A DNA stretch of 63,355 bases, counting the filler, from Pelomyxa schiedti (Eukaryota > Protista > Evosea): NCBI GenBank assembly GCA_020536535.1. It is 7 parts of 7 records of this genome, joined end to end, with 100 filler letters (N's around TTAATTAATTAA, not from the genome) between each part and the next. Parts side by side here need not be neighbours in the genome. Positions count along the whole stretch, not along the records: positions 36,136 to 51,482 come from JAHLWZ010000300.1; 6 more parts are not named here. One strand, given 5' to 3'. A program made the position numbers and the translations under genes. Shown here piece by piece: positions 37,391-49,298 of this stretch. The first letter of the stretch is position 1. Every line of letters starts with the position of its first letter. The notes beneath the pieces are model-generated. The model worked only from the letters and a program-made list of their open reading frames with translations, did no database searches and had not been told where the DNA came from.

Positions 37391-38525
37391 TCAGTTGTTG
37401 TTGCTGGTGTGGTTGCCTGATGATGTTTTGGTAGTTGATGTTGGAGGGGAGTCCAATGAATGTAATCCCACTGCTGCTGAGGCCCTGGCCAGTCTCTGTT
37501 TGTCCTTTGAACTGGCTTCGTGGAACTTTGATGCATCAGCAGTCTGCATGGCCCTGCCCTCAGGATCATCATTCAGTGACAACATCCCACTGCTGTTGGT
37601 CTTCTTCCCGCTCTTGCTCTTGCTTCTGGTCCTCGTTTTCCTCCTGGAGAGTGTTCTCAGGCCGGTTCTGCCGCTGTTCCCTGTTGTTGTTGATGCAGCT
37701 GTGACCATCATCGCCGAAGTGGTGGTTGATGGGGGCGTTCCTTCTTCTTTGCCTTGGAGTTGGGACAGCTCCGGGGAGATATCTGAGAGAAGCTTGTTGA
37801 GCATGGTTGCTATCTCAGGGAATTCCGGCCGTTCTGAGAGTTCCTGGGACCAACATTGCTGGGCCAAATCGGAGTATTCTTTGGGGCAATCCTCGTCAAA
37901 TTCCGGCCGTGCTCCTCCGGAAACCTTTTATATAAGTTAGAAATACACAAGCCGAAAAGAAAAAAACCTTTCTTGGAATGTCCCAGCATGGAACTTCGGC
38001 CCAAGGCTCCTCTCTCATCCACATTTCCCACAGGCAGATTCCGAAGCTGAATACGTCCACCTTGTTATTGTACGGCTTGGTTGTAAGCAGTTCAGGAGCC
38101 TTCCAAAAGGGTGAGGGGAAGGGAATATAAGCTGAGGATAAATTACCATGTAAACAGGCGTGCCGAGACCGCAGGTGTAATGTTTTATTTGAGCTGTAAG
38201 CAAGATTAGAAGTTTACCCGCTGAGTGTGAGGAAAGTGTTACCGGGGTTATCCACATTCCTGGATGTTCCGAAATCTAGAATGTTATGAGGCGATTGTTA
38301 TTTAATGTGGGTAAAAAAAAAAGCCCACACCTGTGAGCTTGCAATTTACAGGGGCATCCAGGTCTGTTGACACCAGAAGAAGGTTCCCAGATTTAAAATC
38401 TCCTATTTGAAAAGTGAGCCGGAAATAAATGAACTTTGAATAAATGAAAAGAAGCCGCACTGAAAAGTATGTTATTCTGATGCAAGAAAGTCATTGCCTC
38501 GGCAGCATTAAGAGCAAATTTGAGG
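37391..38525 (-). CDS. 3' part of a transmembrane TKL kinase, near-identical copy of ~39745-40890
   Basis: FRDFKSGNLL, DFGTSRN, GTPVYMAPE, DVFSFG, CWSQELSERPEF; indels relative to the full copy fall mainly in introns. Confidence 0.85.
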
Positions 38526-38625
38526 NNNNNNNNNNNNNNNNNNNNNNNNNNNNNNNNNNNNNNNNNNNNNNNNNNNNNNNNNNNNNNNNNNNNNNNNNNN
38601 NNNNNNNNNNNNNNNNNNNNNNNNN

Positions 38626-39455
38626 TGTCAAAGTGAATGGTTTGGTTCACGAAAAGATGAACAAGAGCAGCACAGATATCCCTTGAATACTTGTGAACAA
38701 TGGGCCACGGTGTGGTGCCAAGTTTTGCAGCCGTGGTGTTGATGCGTGTCAGGAACTGTTCCAATGTCTCAGAGTGATGCTCGAGGACAACCCACACACA
38801 TGCATGCATTCTTTTCTGAACTGGGTCGAAGGCCAGCTCCTTGGCGGCTGGTGGGAGGTGGTTGTAATACTCTTGTGGGATGCGGTCTGTGAAGTGACAG
38901 AAGTATCGGTTGATGTTTGGATGTGGCTCCAACGTGGAAGACACAATGTATTCATTCTGTAACAAAGGAGAAGAAACAAAAAGCAATGTAAATAAAACTC
39001 CCTAAGGATGCGATTACCTCAAAGGCATTCTGAACATTTCTAGTCGCGACACCATAATTAAAAAGAGCCTTGAGGACATAAGACTGGTCCCTGAACAACA
39101 CAGGGTGCCCCTCCCCAACGCACTTCACCTCATAAACAATCCCTGATGTCATCGCACCCCGTGATGGTGGTATCATTTTGTAGTCAGTAAAAATGATAAA
39201 AATGATAATGGATTTGTCTATTTGTTTGTAGCGACAATAACACGCGCGCACACCGTTGCAACCGTGTGAGATGCATCTCACGAGCCTGAAGTTGGTTGAC
39301 ACAACCACGCTCCCCGACGAGTTCTGCACTCTGTCGATTTTGGCGGACTCACCCAGCCTCGTGAAGAACGCGTCGCGATCGCGGATGGATCTCTGGAACT
39401 CATCGTAACCAACAACGACACTCGGCGCTGTTGGCGTGCTTGCGCGGTTCCCCAT
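38626..39455 (-). CDS. PINK1-like Ser/Thr kinase, copy B (3' end lost in gap)
   Basis: MGNRAS start; same motifs as copy A with scattered substitutions. Confidence 0.7.
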
Positions 39456-39744
39456 TTTTTTTTTTATTTTTTCTTTAATGGACCGATTTCGTGTAAGAGG
39501 GAGGTGGTGATTGTACTCAGGTAACCGGAAGAGAGTGACAGTACCAAACAGGTCTTGAGCAGGGCCTCTGTTGATGGTTGTGTTCAAAGAATCTTGATTT
39601 TTCCTTTCTTTTCACTCAAGGCACAAAAAGGCGGTCCTGTTAACAGATGTGGTGGCCTCAGAGACATGGAGTCAACAGTTCGACTCTGTATTCATTCATA
39701 ATAAAACAAAACACCTGTATGCGTATGCAACTGTGTTGCTGACC

Positions 39745-42700
39745 TCAGTTGTTGTTGTTGCTGGTGTGGTTGCCTGATGATGTTTTTGTAGTTGATGTTG
39801 GAGGGGAGTCCAATGAATGTAATCCCACTGCTGCTGAGGCCCTGGCCAGTCTCTGTTTGTCCTTTGAACTGGCTTCGTGGAACTTTGATGCATCAGCAGT
39901 CTGCATGGCCCTGCCCTCAGGATCATCATTCAGTGACAACATCCCACTGCTGTTGGTCTTCTTCCCGCTCTTGCTCTTGCTTCTGGTCCTCGTTTTCCTC
40001 CTGGAGAGTGTTCTCAGGCCGGTTCTGCCGCTGTTCCCTGTTGTTGTTGATGCAGCTGTGACCATCATCGCCGAAGTGGTGGTTGATGGGGGCGTTCCTT
40101 CTTCTTTGCCTTGGAGTTGGGACAGCTCCGGGGAGATATCTGAGAGAAGCTTGTTGAGCATGGTTGCTATCTCAGGGAATTCCGGCCGTTCTGAGAGTTC
40201 CTGGGACCAACATTGCTGGGCCAAATCGGAGTATTCTTTGGGGCAATCCTCGTCAAATTCCGGCCGTGCTCCTCCGGAAACCTTTTATAAGTTAGAAATA
40301 CACAAGCCGAGGCTACATGAAAAGAAAAAAAACCTTTCTTGGAATGTCCCAGCATGGAACTTCGGCCCAAGGCTCCTCTCTCATCCACATTTCCCACAGG
40401 CAGATTCCGAAGCTGAATACATCCACCTTGTTATTGTACGGCTTGGTTGTAAGCAGTTCAGGAGCCTTCCAAAAGGGTGAGGAAGGGAATCTAAGCTGAT
40501 AAATTACCATGTAAACAGGCGTGCCGAGACCGCAGGTGTAATGTTTTATTTGAGCTGTAAGCAAGATTAGAAGTTTACCCGCCGAGTGTGAGGAAAGTGT
40601 TACCGGGGTTATCCACATTCCTGGATGTTCCGAAATCTAGAATGTTATGAGCCGATTGTTATGTAATGTGGGTAAAAAAAAAGCCCACACCTGTGAGCTT
40701 GCAATTTACAGGGGCATCCAGGTCTGTTGACACCAGAAGAAGGTTCCCAGATTTAAAATCTCCTATGAGATTTGAAAAGTGAGCCGGAAATAAATGAACT
40801 TTGAATAAATGAAAAGAAGCCGCACTGAAAAGTATGTTATTCTGATGCAAGAAAGTCATTGCCTCGGCAGCATTAAGAGCAAATTTGAGGATCAACACGA
40901 ATGGAATATCAATATCAGAATCGAGATATGAGCTCAAGCTGCCTTTCTCAATTAGTTCGGTGCAAATGCAAAGCTTCCCTAAAGATTGGGTCACTTGCCA
41001 AGTGTAGAAAATTTAAGGTGCAACCTGGGACATGAGAAGCACCAATAAATGTAACGATGTAAGGGTGTCTTAGTCTCTTCATCAGTTCGCACTCTTCATT
41101 GAAGTCGTCCATCTCAGCCTCTCTGAATGCTTCTTGATGTTTAAGAATCTTTACAGCCACCATTTGCGATCGGTACACTCCTCCAAATACAGACCTGAAA
41201 TGACGATGAACAGAAAAAAAAAAACAAGGAAAATTTGGCAAAGTACCCAAAACCACCAGAAGCCAGAGGAACAGGATCAAGCATAATTTCTTCCGGGTCA
41301 ATTCGCTCAGAAACGGCGCCCTCAAGTTTCACTGCAACCCAGAGTGTGCTCTTCTTCTCATCATTTTTGGAGGATGCGGGCATAATCTCAATTTTGATAG
41401 GGTGCTCATAGTGCGTGGTGTATTTCAGAATGAACTTGACTTTGATTACAATCGCCTTCCTGGAGGGTATCTCTCCACTTCCAGGAACTGCAGTGCATTC
41501 CATCACATGAGGAGTATTTGCAACGTATATACAGTACCGCATTTTCTTTTTCGTGCGGTTCATCACAACAAACTCATCCTCCAATCGCTGCATGACTGGG
41601 CATGCATCGCTTTCGGCCAAGCCAAATCCCAGCTTGGTCTTATCCAAGCCAAGTCCCAGATCGTGCAATTTCGCTTCATTTTCTGCGGCATCAGCCGACA
41701 GTTTGGCAATGTCTTCCTTGCTCATCTCAGGCATTTTTTCAGCAGGTGTGTTCCTCAGCGCCTGAATCACTCTTTTCCTGTGCTTTACAAATAGAACTAG
41801 CCCGGCCCCTGCTGCGGCCAGGCCGAATATTCCAACCAAGCCCAGGAGGAAAACAATGATACCAATCGCGAATTTTGGGAATGGCTTCTTGACAGCAGTG
41901 AAGTTCATTGCGAAGCCAATGTCAGAGCACTGGGCACTGCTTTCCATCACAACCAGTATTTTATCTGAATCGATGGTGACCGCGGACAACATTGAAGGGT
42001 CTGGTTCGCCTTCATTTGCAAATTGAGTTTGGAATCATATCGGCAGCGGGGATTACCTGAATACATTCGAACCAAATCACCAGGATCACCATTAGAATCG
42101 CTGTAATACACAGCAACACTGTCACCCCAGAATGAGATGTAGTCAAAACTTATCACGATCTGGTCGTATTTACCCTTGGAGGCATCAACGAACCATCTGC
42201 ATGTTACCTGCAACTTACATAAGTGGGAGTTTACGGAGGGGTGTGATTGTAACCTTGTTGAGGTAATGCATTGCCGAAGGGCCTCTGTTTGGGTCACTTC
42301 TATTGTAGTAGGCATCACCCGGAATAACACCATGATGTTTCTTCACGGTGGTGAAAGCTGGACACCCCCGGCTGCAATCAAACCAGAAATAGCCACCATT
42401 GCAGAGGCACGTTCCTTGATAGCAAATCCCGTTGCCGGTCTCGGCGTGGCAGGTGTTGTTATATCCCTCCCCGCAATATACTTCTTCCTCCGTGTACCCA
42501 CAGTCAGTATAATCCGAAATATACAGCTGTTTGTTGAGGTCAGTGAGTTGTCAAAGAGAAGAAGTGATCATTTTACCATGTTGTAGTAAAACCAGTCATC
42601 ATAGGAGTCAACCATATCAAATTCATAAACACCGGGAGCAAGAAACGAAGGGAAATTGCCAGTTCCACTGATACCCAATTGAATATTTGGGTCGTTTGGA

Positions 42701-43814
42701 TCAAACCACGTGGCCCAAGTCAAAGGGTAACGCCAGTCAAGCACTTCTCCATTGGTGATATAGTTGTAGTCATATATTTTCAGCCCAGCCAGGATATTCT
42801 CAATTCCATTCAGCACCGGCCTTGATAACGGTTGTTATCCTTATGGAAACAGAGGGGCACAATTCATACGGTATGTAGTATTTTGCAATCACGGGTTCAG
42901 AAGGACACAGAACAGATGGCATATCGAACTGTAAGTTGCAGTCCCATCCGGCCCAAAGTGGGTCACAAACACATTCTCCATACTCCCATAAACAGGTTCC
43001 GTGTTCATCACAATAATCCGTGCATCCGGGAGAGTAGCACAGCCACCTAATTAAAAAAAAAAGGGAATTATTGTTATTTACTCTCTCACAAGTAGCCAAA
43101 GCCTATGTAATCGATAGAAATAAATTAAATTTACAGCAGCCAAAAGAAATTTACACACCTAATCTCGAAAGAAGTGGTTTCGAAATAGAAAGTGTCATAG
43201 AAAGCCGGCTCTCCATCCACAGTTGAATTCACAAATCTCCCACAAGAAAACTCGAAAGTGAACTCAACAGACACCTCAGCATAGTCCCAACAGTACATAT
43301 CCACAAACGTAGTAACAGATTCCTCGGCACTCGCCGGCGCGGTCCCATAATCCTCCATCCCAGCGACGTCGACCCAAGTCCACAGCCACTCGGGGATCAC
43401 CTGCGGGCCCAGGTCCCCAGACACCCTGGGCGCCCACCCCGCCCTGAACCAGCACTGATCGTTCGCGGAAGCGCCGCCGCGGCCCCAGTCAGTGGCGAGG
43501 CCGTCGGGGGGCGACCAGCCCCACGTGATGTACGACGACGGGGTCGACGGGTCCATGTGCGGGTAGTGGTCGTAGGACCCCGACATGTCGCTGACGAACT
43601 CGGGCTGGGTCTGCCCGCACGCCACGGCGTCGACGTCGACGAAGGACCAGTCGTCGGCCCAGGGAAGCGACGCCGTGGCCCACAGGCCCCCGCACACTGG
43701 CGCCTCGGATGACGACGATGCCGAAGACTCGGGTGTGGATTGTGGGAGGCAGCGGGGGAGGAAGGCAATGAGGCAGAGGATGCACAGTATAAACAAGGTG
43801 TGGCGGTGTGGCAT
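39745..43814 (-). CDS. Single-pass receptor kinase: signal peptide, unknown domain, EGF, Ig-like region, EGF, CUB-like, TM, MSP/Ig-like, TKL kinase
   Basis: Signal TLFILCILCLIAFLPRCLP; EGF CTDYCDEHGTC..CVCDPLWAGWDC; CUB-like CRWFV..IVISFDY..GFAMNF; TM; GGFGSVF, VAVK, FRD, DFG, APE. Confidence 0.88.
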
Positions 43815-44202
43815 TGTGGTGTGGATTAGATTATGAGGGGGTGTTAATGTCCTCATTGTTTGTTGGTTTTTTCTTTTGTGTTGTTGGTTTGGGTGTTTTT
43901 TTGGTGCGGCACAGGGCAGTACGAACGTCTTTTCCCGAAATCAAAGAAAAGATCTCTGTTTGTTTGGTGCAGGGCTGTGGGTGGAATCTGGAATTTCACG
44001 ACCTTTTCCTTGATGCACATCTCTGAGGAAGGAGAGACCGCACCGGTCAGATGCCACTCCAACACCAATACTCGGCCAGGCCTGAGGAGGGAACATCAAC
44101 TCATTTTCACTGAGTTCGCAAAACCGAAGTTCCATCACCGGTTGATTCTGCCAAAGTGACACAAAACAAAAATTTTCTTCTTTTTCGTGCGAACGCGCGT
44201 TG

Positions 44203-47200
44203 ATGCACGCACAACGACGCCCTGTCCGTTGCAACAATCGCAGGCCACCAACCACTAGTGGCCGCGGAGCCCGAGCTTCGTCGTACGCCTCGCTTCCGTT
44301 TCCCTTTCCCTTTCCCTTTGGCCACGGCGCGACTTTGTCTTTGTATGCCACCGTCGTCGCTGGCGTCGTACTGTCCTCTTTCGCGGTAGTGGCCTCTGCA
44401 CAAACCTCGTCGTCGTCCTCTGAATCGTCGTCGTCGCCGTGCCCGGAGGGGGGCCTGGACATGTTCGCGTACATGTACTGGGGCGGGGAGTGGGGGATAT
44501 ACAAGGTGATAGACTGCGGGGTGGTGCAGCCAGAGTTCGACGCCGACATGTCCGGCTCCACTAGCCACGNNNNNNNNNNNNNNNNNNNNNNNNNNNNNNN
44601 NNNNNNNNNNNNNNNNNNNNNNNNNNNNNNNNNNNNNNNNNNNNNNNNNNNNNNNNNNNNNNNNNNNNNGGGGGCCTGGACATGTTCGCGTACATGTACT
44701 GGGGCGGGGAGTGGGGGATATACAAGGTGATAGACTGCGGGGTGGTGCAGCCAGAGTTCGACGCCGACATGTCCGGCTCCACTAGCCACGGTCCTGACTT
44801 GGACCCCAATGTGCCCTACACCTTGGCTTGGTGGACCTGGTATGTTGTGATGATGTTGGTGATGGTGGGCCCCGGTCCCATTTTGTTCAATTTGTTTCTT
44901 TTTGGTTTTTGTGGTTTTTTTTATTGTCTTTGCTGCTTTTGCGTGTTTGTTTTCTTTGGTTTGTTTGAATTTAACTTTGGATTTTTCTTTCTCACACTCT
45001 ACTCTTCCCCCTGGGTTCTTAGGTATCCACCTTCTGATGTTACGGATGACATGCAGTGCTATTTTAACACTGATTGGCAGCTTCGTATTGCTGCTGGGAG
45101 TTCATCGGTGTACCCAGATTACCTTTGGTCATATGCCCTGATTTGGGACTTGCCAGAGAGTGGGGAAGTACCTCCTGTGGATGTGTCGACCCAGTTTGAG
45201 ATTGACATGTACTGCTATAATGAGTTCGTTAGCTCGGTTGCTTTCCAGTTTTGGTTCACGTGTGGATACTATGTGAACTCAACTGACGGTATATCCCCTC
45301 CTTACTTTGAAAATGTACTTTTTGAGGAGTATTCCTTTGATGTCAGGTTGGCCTGGAAAATTATTTCCTTTTCAACACTAACCACCCATCAGGTGGGACT
45401 GTTTTTCGCGGGGGTGCAATTCTTACTGCGATGCTCACGGAACTTGCTTGTACTACTGGGGGGAATGCTTGTGTGACGAAGGTTGGTCTGGAGTCGGCTG
45501 CCAGATGCAATGGGACTACAATCACACCATGTGTCCTTCTCAAACTCTGAACGTGACTTATAACGTTCCGTATGCTTTTTGGCCTACTTTTATGTAAAGT
45601 GTTTTAAGTTTTTCACAGTGCTGTCATGTACGGTTACACTGGGTGGCTTGCTGACCTCAAGGCATATACAGTTCCAGCAAGCGATGGTGCAGAGATAAGG
45701 GACTGGGTTTACGTCCTGACATGGGCTCAGTGGACTGACGCCTCTGACCCTCGTGTGACCACTGGCATGAATTCCAGTGGTGTATTTCCTACCTATTTGC
45801 CTCCTGGAACTTACAGCATGGTCGTATCCTCCCTTGCTGGTGGTGGGTGGCTCATCAATGAAAATGTATGGTTTTTCCTCAGCCTTTTAGAAATTGATTC
45901 CAAACCAGTTTTATGTTCTTGATTACGACGAATGCGGTATTCCAGAGGAAGTTGTTTCATGTGGTGATGGATCAACAAATAACTGCGGTAACAAAACAGA
46001 CAACGGAATGTGCATGGACCAGGAATGCTGGTGCAATGGCGGCTTCTATTGGTATGACTGCAGCAGAGGATGTCCCTCGTGGGTGAAAATTACGGATAAA
46101 AAGGGGACCATCACAAGTGACGCATTTATTGTTGACCCAGAAGATGGTGACAAGATGCACTACATGAACAAAAATGTTTGCCGGTGGTTCCTGGATATGA
46201 GCGGATTCAGGATTGACTTCATTCGCTTTACATTCACCTATGTAGATGTAGCTGACCTTATCTCGTTGTATTATTCTGACAGTTCAGGAGCGTTAGGTGA
46301 CATGTACGGGCAGTGGTCAGGGGTATTCTTTGATCTCTTTTTGGAATTGTCTTTGACTCCTCCTTTTTTGTTTCCTATTTTGGGGGTTAAAAGATATCTG
46401 CATCCGAGCTCGATCCTATTGAAATGGACACAACACATGTAGTTGTTGAATTTGATGCAGGAGCACAAAATTCTCTCCATGGATTTATCTTAAACTATGA
46501 AGCGAAGCACAGGAAAATCACGCCAATCGGAATTGGTGTTGCTGTCGTTGTCTGTGGCATTGTTGGTGTCCTTGGAATGGCTGCAGCAAGTGTTGGACTC
46601 TTCTTTTTTGTGAAGAGACAAAGGCGGATTGCCAAAGCTGCTCGCAGAGCACCGGCTGAGAAAATGGGGAAAATGAGCAAGGAAGAGATTGCATCTGCTT
46701 TAGCTAGCTCCAAACACGATCTTGAAGAAACTTGGGAGAATATGGGCCTTGGAGTTGACAAAGCCGTACTTACCTTTGGCCTGGCCGAGAGCGATGCTTG
46801 CCCTGTTCTGCAGAAACTTGAGGACGTTGTAATATTAAAGAATCGCTCTAAGAGGAGCATGCACTATCGCTTCAGAGTACCGGATATACCGCACCTGTGT
46901 GACATCAATGCAACCCCGGGTGTGGGAGTCGTTCCAGCCAAGAAAGGCGTTCAAGTGAATATCCACTTCGTGCTCAAATACACAACTCACTTTGAGCACC
47001 CCATCAAACTTGAATTCATGAACATGAAAAAAGGGGAAGAACCTGAAGTGGTTGCCTCCTTATGGATTAGCATTAAACTGGAGGGTGCAGTTTCCGAAAG
47101 AATAGATCCTGAAGAAATTATGCTTGATCCGGCACCACTTGCCTCTGGTGGTTTTGGGTACTTCGTAATCTTCTTATGGCTTTCCTGCTCACGTTTTTAA

Positions 47201-48854
47201 GATCAGTCTTTGGCGGAGTCTATCGCTCTCAGATGGTGGCAGTAAAAATTCTAAAGCACCAAGAAGCTTTCCGCGAGGCTGAAATGAATGACTTTAGTGA
47301 AGAGTGTGAATTAATGATACGAATACGACATCCCAATATTGTCAACTTCATTGGCGCCTCACATGTTCCAGGTCTGTAGACATTTTCTTTATCTGTGAAC
47401 TAATTTTAATTCAGGGAAATTATGTATATGTACCGAGCTTATCGAGAAGGGGAGTCTCGGGGCATATTTGGACTCTGATGTGGAGATCCCCTATGCCTTG
47501 ATATTGAAATTTGCCATAAATGCTGCTGAAGCCATGTCTTATTTACATAAAAATAACGTTCTATTCAGTAATTCTCCCCTCACCGTACAATCATTACCAA
47601 CTTCACCAAAGGAGATTTAAAGTGTTCAAACCTCCTTCTCATCTCAACAGCCNNNNNNNNNNNNNNNNNNNNNNNNNNNNNNNNNNNNNNNNNNNNNNNN
47701 NNNNNNNNNNNNNNNNNNNNNNNNNNNNNNNNNNNNNNNNNNNNNNNNNNNNCCATGTCTTATTTACATAAAAATAACGTTCTATTCAGTAATTCTCCCC
47801 TCACCGTACAATCATTACCAACTTCACCAAAGGAGATTTAAAGTGTTCAAACCTCCTTCTCATCTCAACAGCCCTGGATGCCCCTGTGAATTGCAAATTA
47901 ACCGGTACATAGCTAAATATCTATTTCTCGTCAATAACTTTGTCAAAGATTTCGGCACGGCAAGAAATGTTGAGAACCTTGCTCTGGTCAAGAATTACAC
48001 CTGCGGCCTCGGAACACCTGTTTACATGGTTACTATTACTATAGCATTCCCTCAAACTTACACTTTGGCAGGCCCCAGAGATTCTATCAACGAAGCCCTA
48101 CAACTTCAAGGTCCGTCCTCCAGTGGTTTCCTCGCAACTGTCCTAACACTAACAATCAGGTTGATATATACAGTTTCGGCATGTGCCTGTGGGAGCTGTG
48201 GATGCGTGATGAGCTCTGGGCCGAAGTACCGTGCTGGGATATCCCAAGAAAGGTATTTTCTGCCATTATCAAGTGCATCAATACACCTCACTACACCCGG
48301 TGCACCTCATTAATATTTCCTAATTCCATCCATTCATCCTGAACACATAATACAAAGATACAGCAGTCACGCACCCATCCCGCACATTCCGAAAATAGAC
48401 CGACCAACCTCGCAAATAGGTAGCCGGGGGAGCCAGACCCGACTTTGACGAGGAATGCCCGAAGCAATACATCCAGCTGGCGCAGAGGTGCTGGGCCCAG
48501 AACGCCGAGGAGCGGCCGGAATTCCCCGACATCGCGACGACCCTCGCCCAGATACTCGAGGAGGCCCGGCCCGACCTGCTCGCCCACACGCAGCAGCCCG
48601 CCGCCGGAGACGCGGTGGAGGAGGGAGGGGTGTCTATGGCGGCGGCCACCGGGAGCAGCAAGACCGTGTCGAGGCCGAGGACCAGGAGGACAAAGGACTT
48701 CAGGAGGGAGACGGCCATGCTGTCGATGACTGGGGAGACCAACGCGGGCGGGGGGGCGGACGCCGCCGACGCAACGGGGTTCAAGCAGGTCGCGGGCAAG
48801 GACCAGCAGAGGCTCAATGCTGCAAGAGGCGCAAAGGACAAGGACAAGGAATGA
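44203..48854 (+). CDS. Paralogous single-pass EGF/CUB TKL receptor kinase, head-to-head with the previous gene (spans two scaffold gaps)
   Basis: Same domain order; shared KLEGAVSERIDPEEIMLDP, VAVKILKHQEAFREAE; FRDLKCSNLL, DFGTARN. Confidence 0.88.
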
Positions 48855-49298
48855 CAACAGTCAATCATCCATATTTAGATCGTATGGCAGGCACACAGAA
48901 TGTAAAAAAAAAAAAACCAAACCTTCTCTATTATGTACCACACAGCTTCTCGTTTGGCCTTGTGTAAACAGGTCGGAATACAAAGATTCAGTGCCCCAGG
49001 TGATTCCCGGCAATACTCGAACTAAGATGTCTCCTCTGCCGGGATAGCGGGACTGAGCGGTGCGAAGAATAAAACGAATTTATTCTTGCTTTTTGAGGCA
49101 AAAAGGAGGGCAAACGGGTAGCATGACTAAGGTTAAAAAACCATCTTGGTCTTTGTCTTACGCAATGATACGCACGGAACCAGGCGCTGTTGGGACTCGT
49201 GAGTACGGGAGCACAAACAAAAGCAACGACGGAGGTGGAGGAGGAGGAGGAGGAGGAGGAGGACGGCAGCAGGCCGAGCGGACGACAGGAGGACGACG

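Noticed and set aside
38393-38986. ORF fusing the PINK1-like and TKL kinase halves
   Set aside because: The fusion is read through Ns
44450-44791. ~120-bp direct repeat flanking a 100-N gap (likewise ~47532-47872)
   Set aside because: Identical overlap on either side of a scaffold gap; unmerged contig ends
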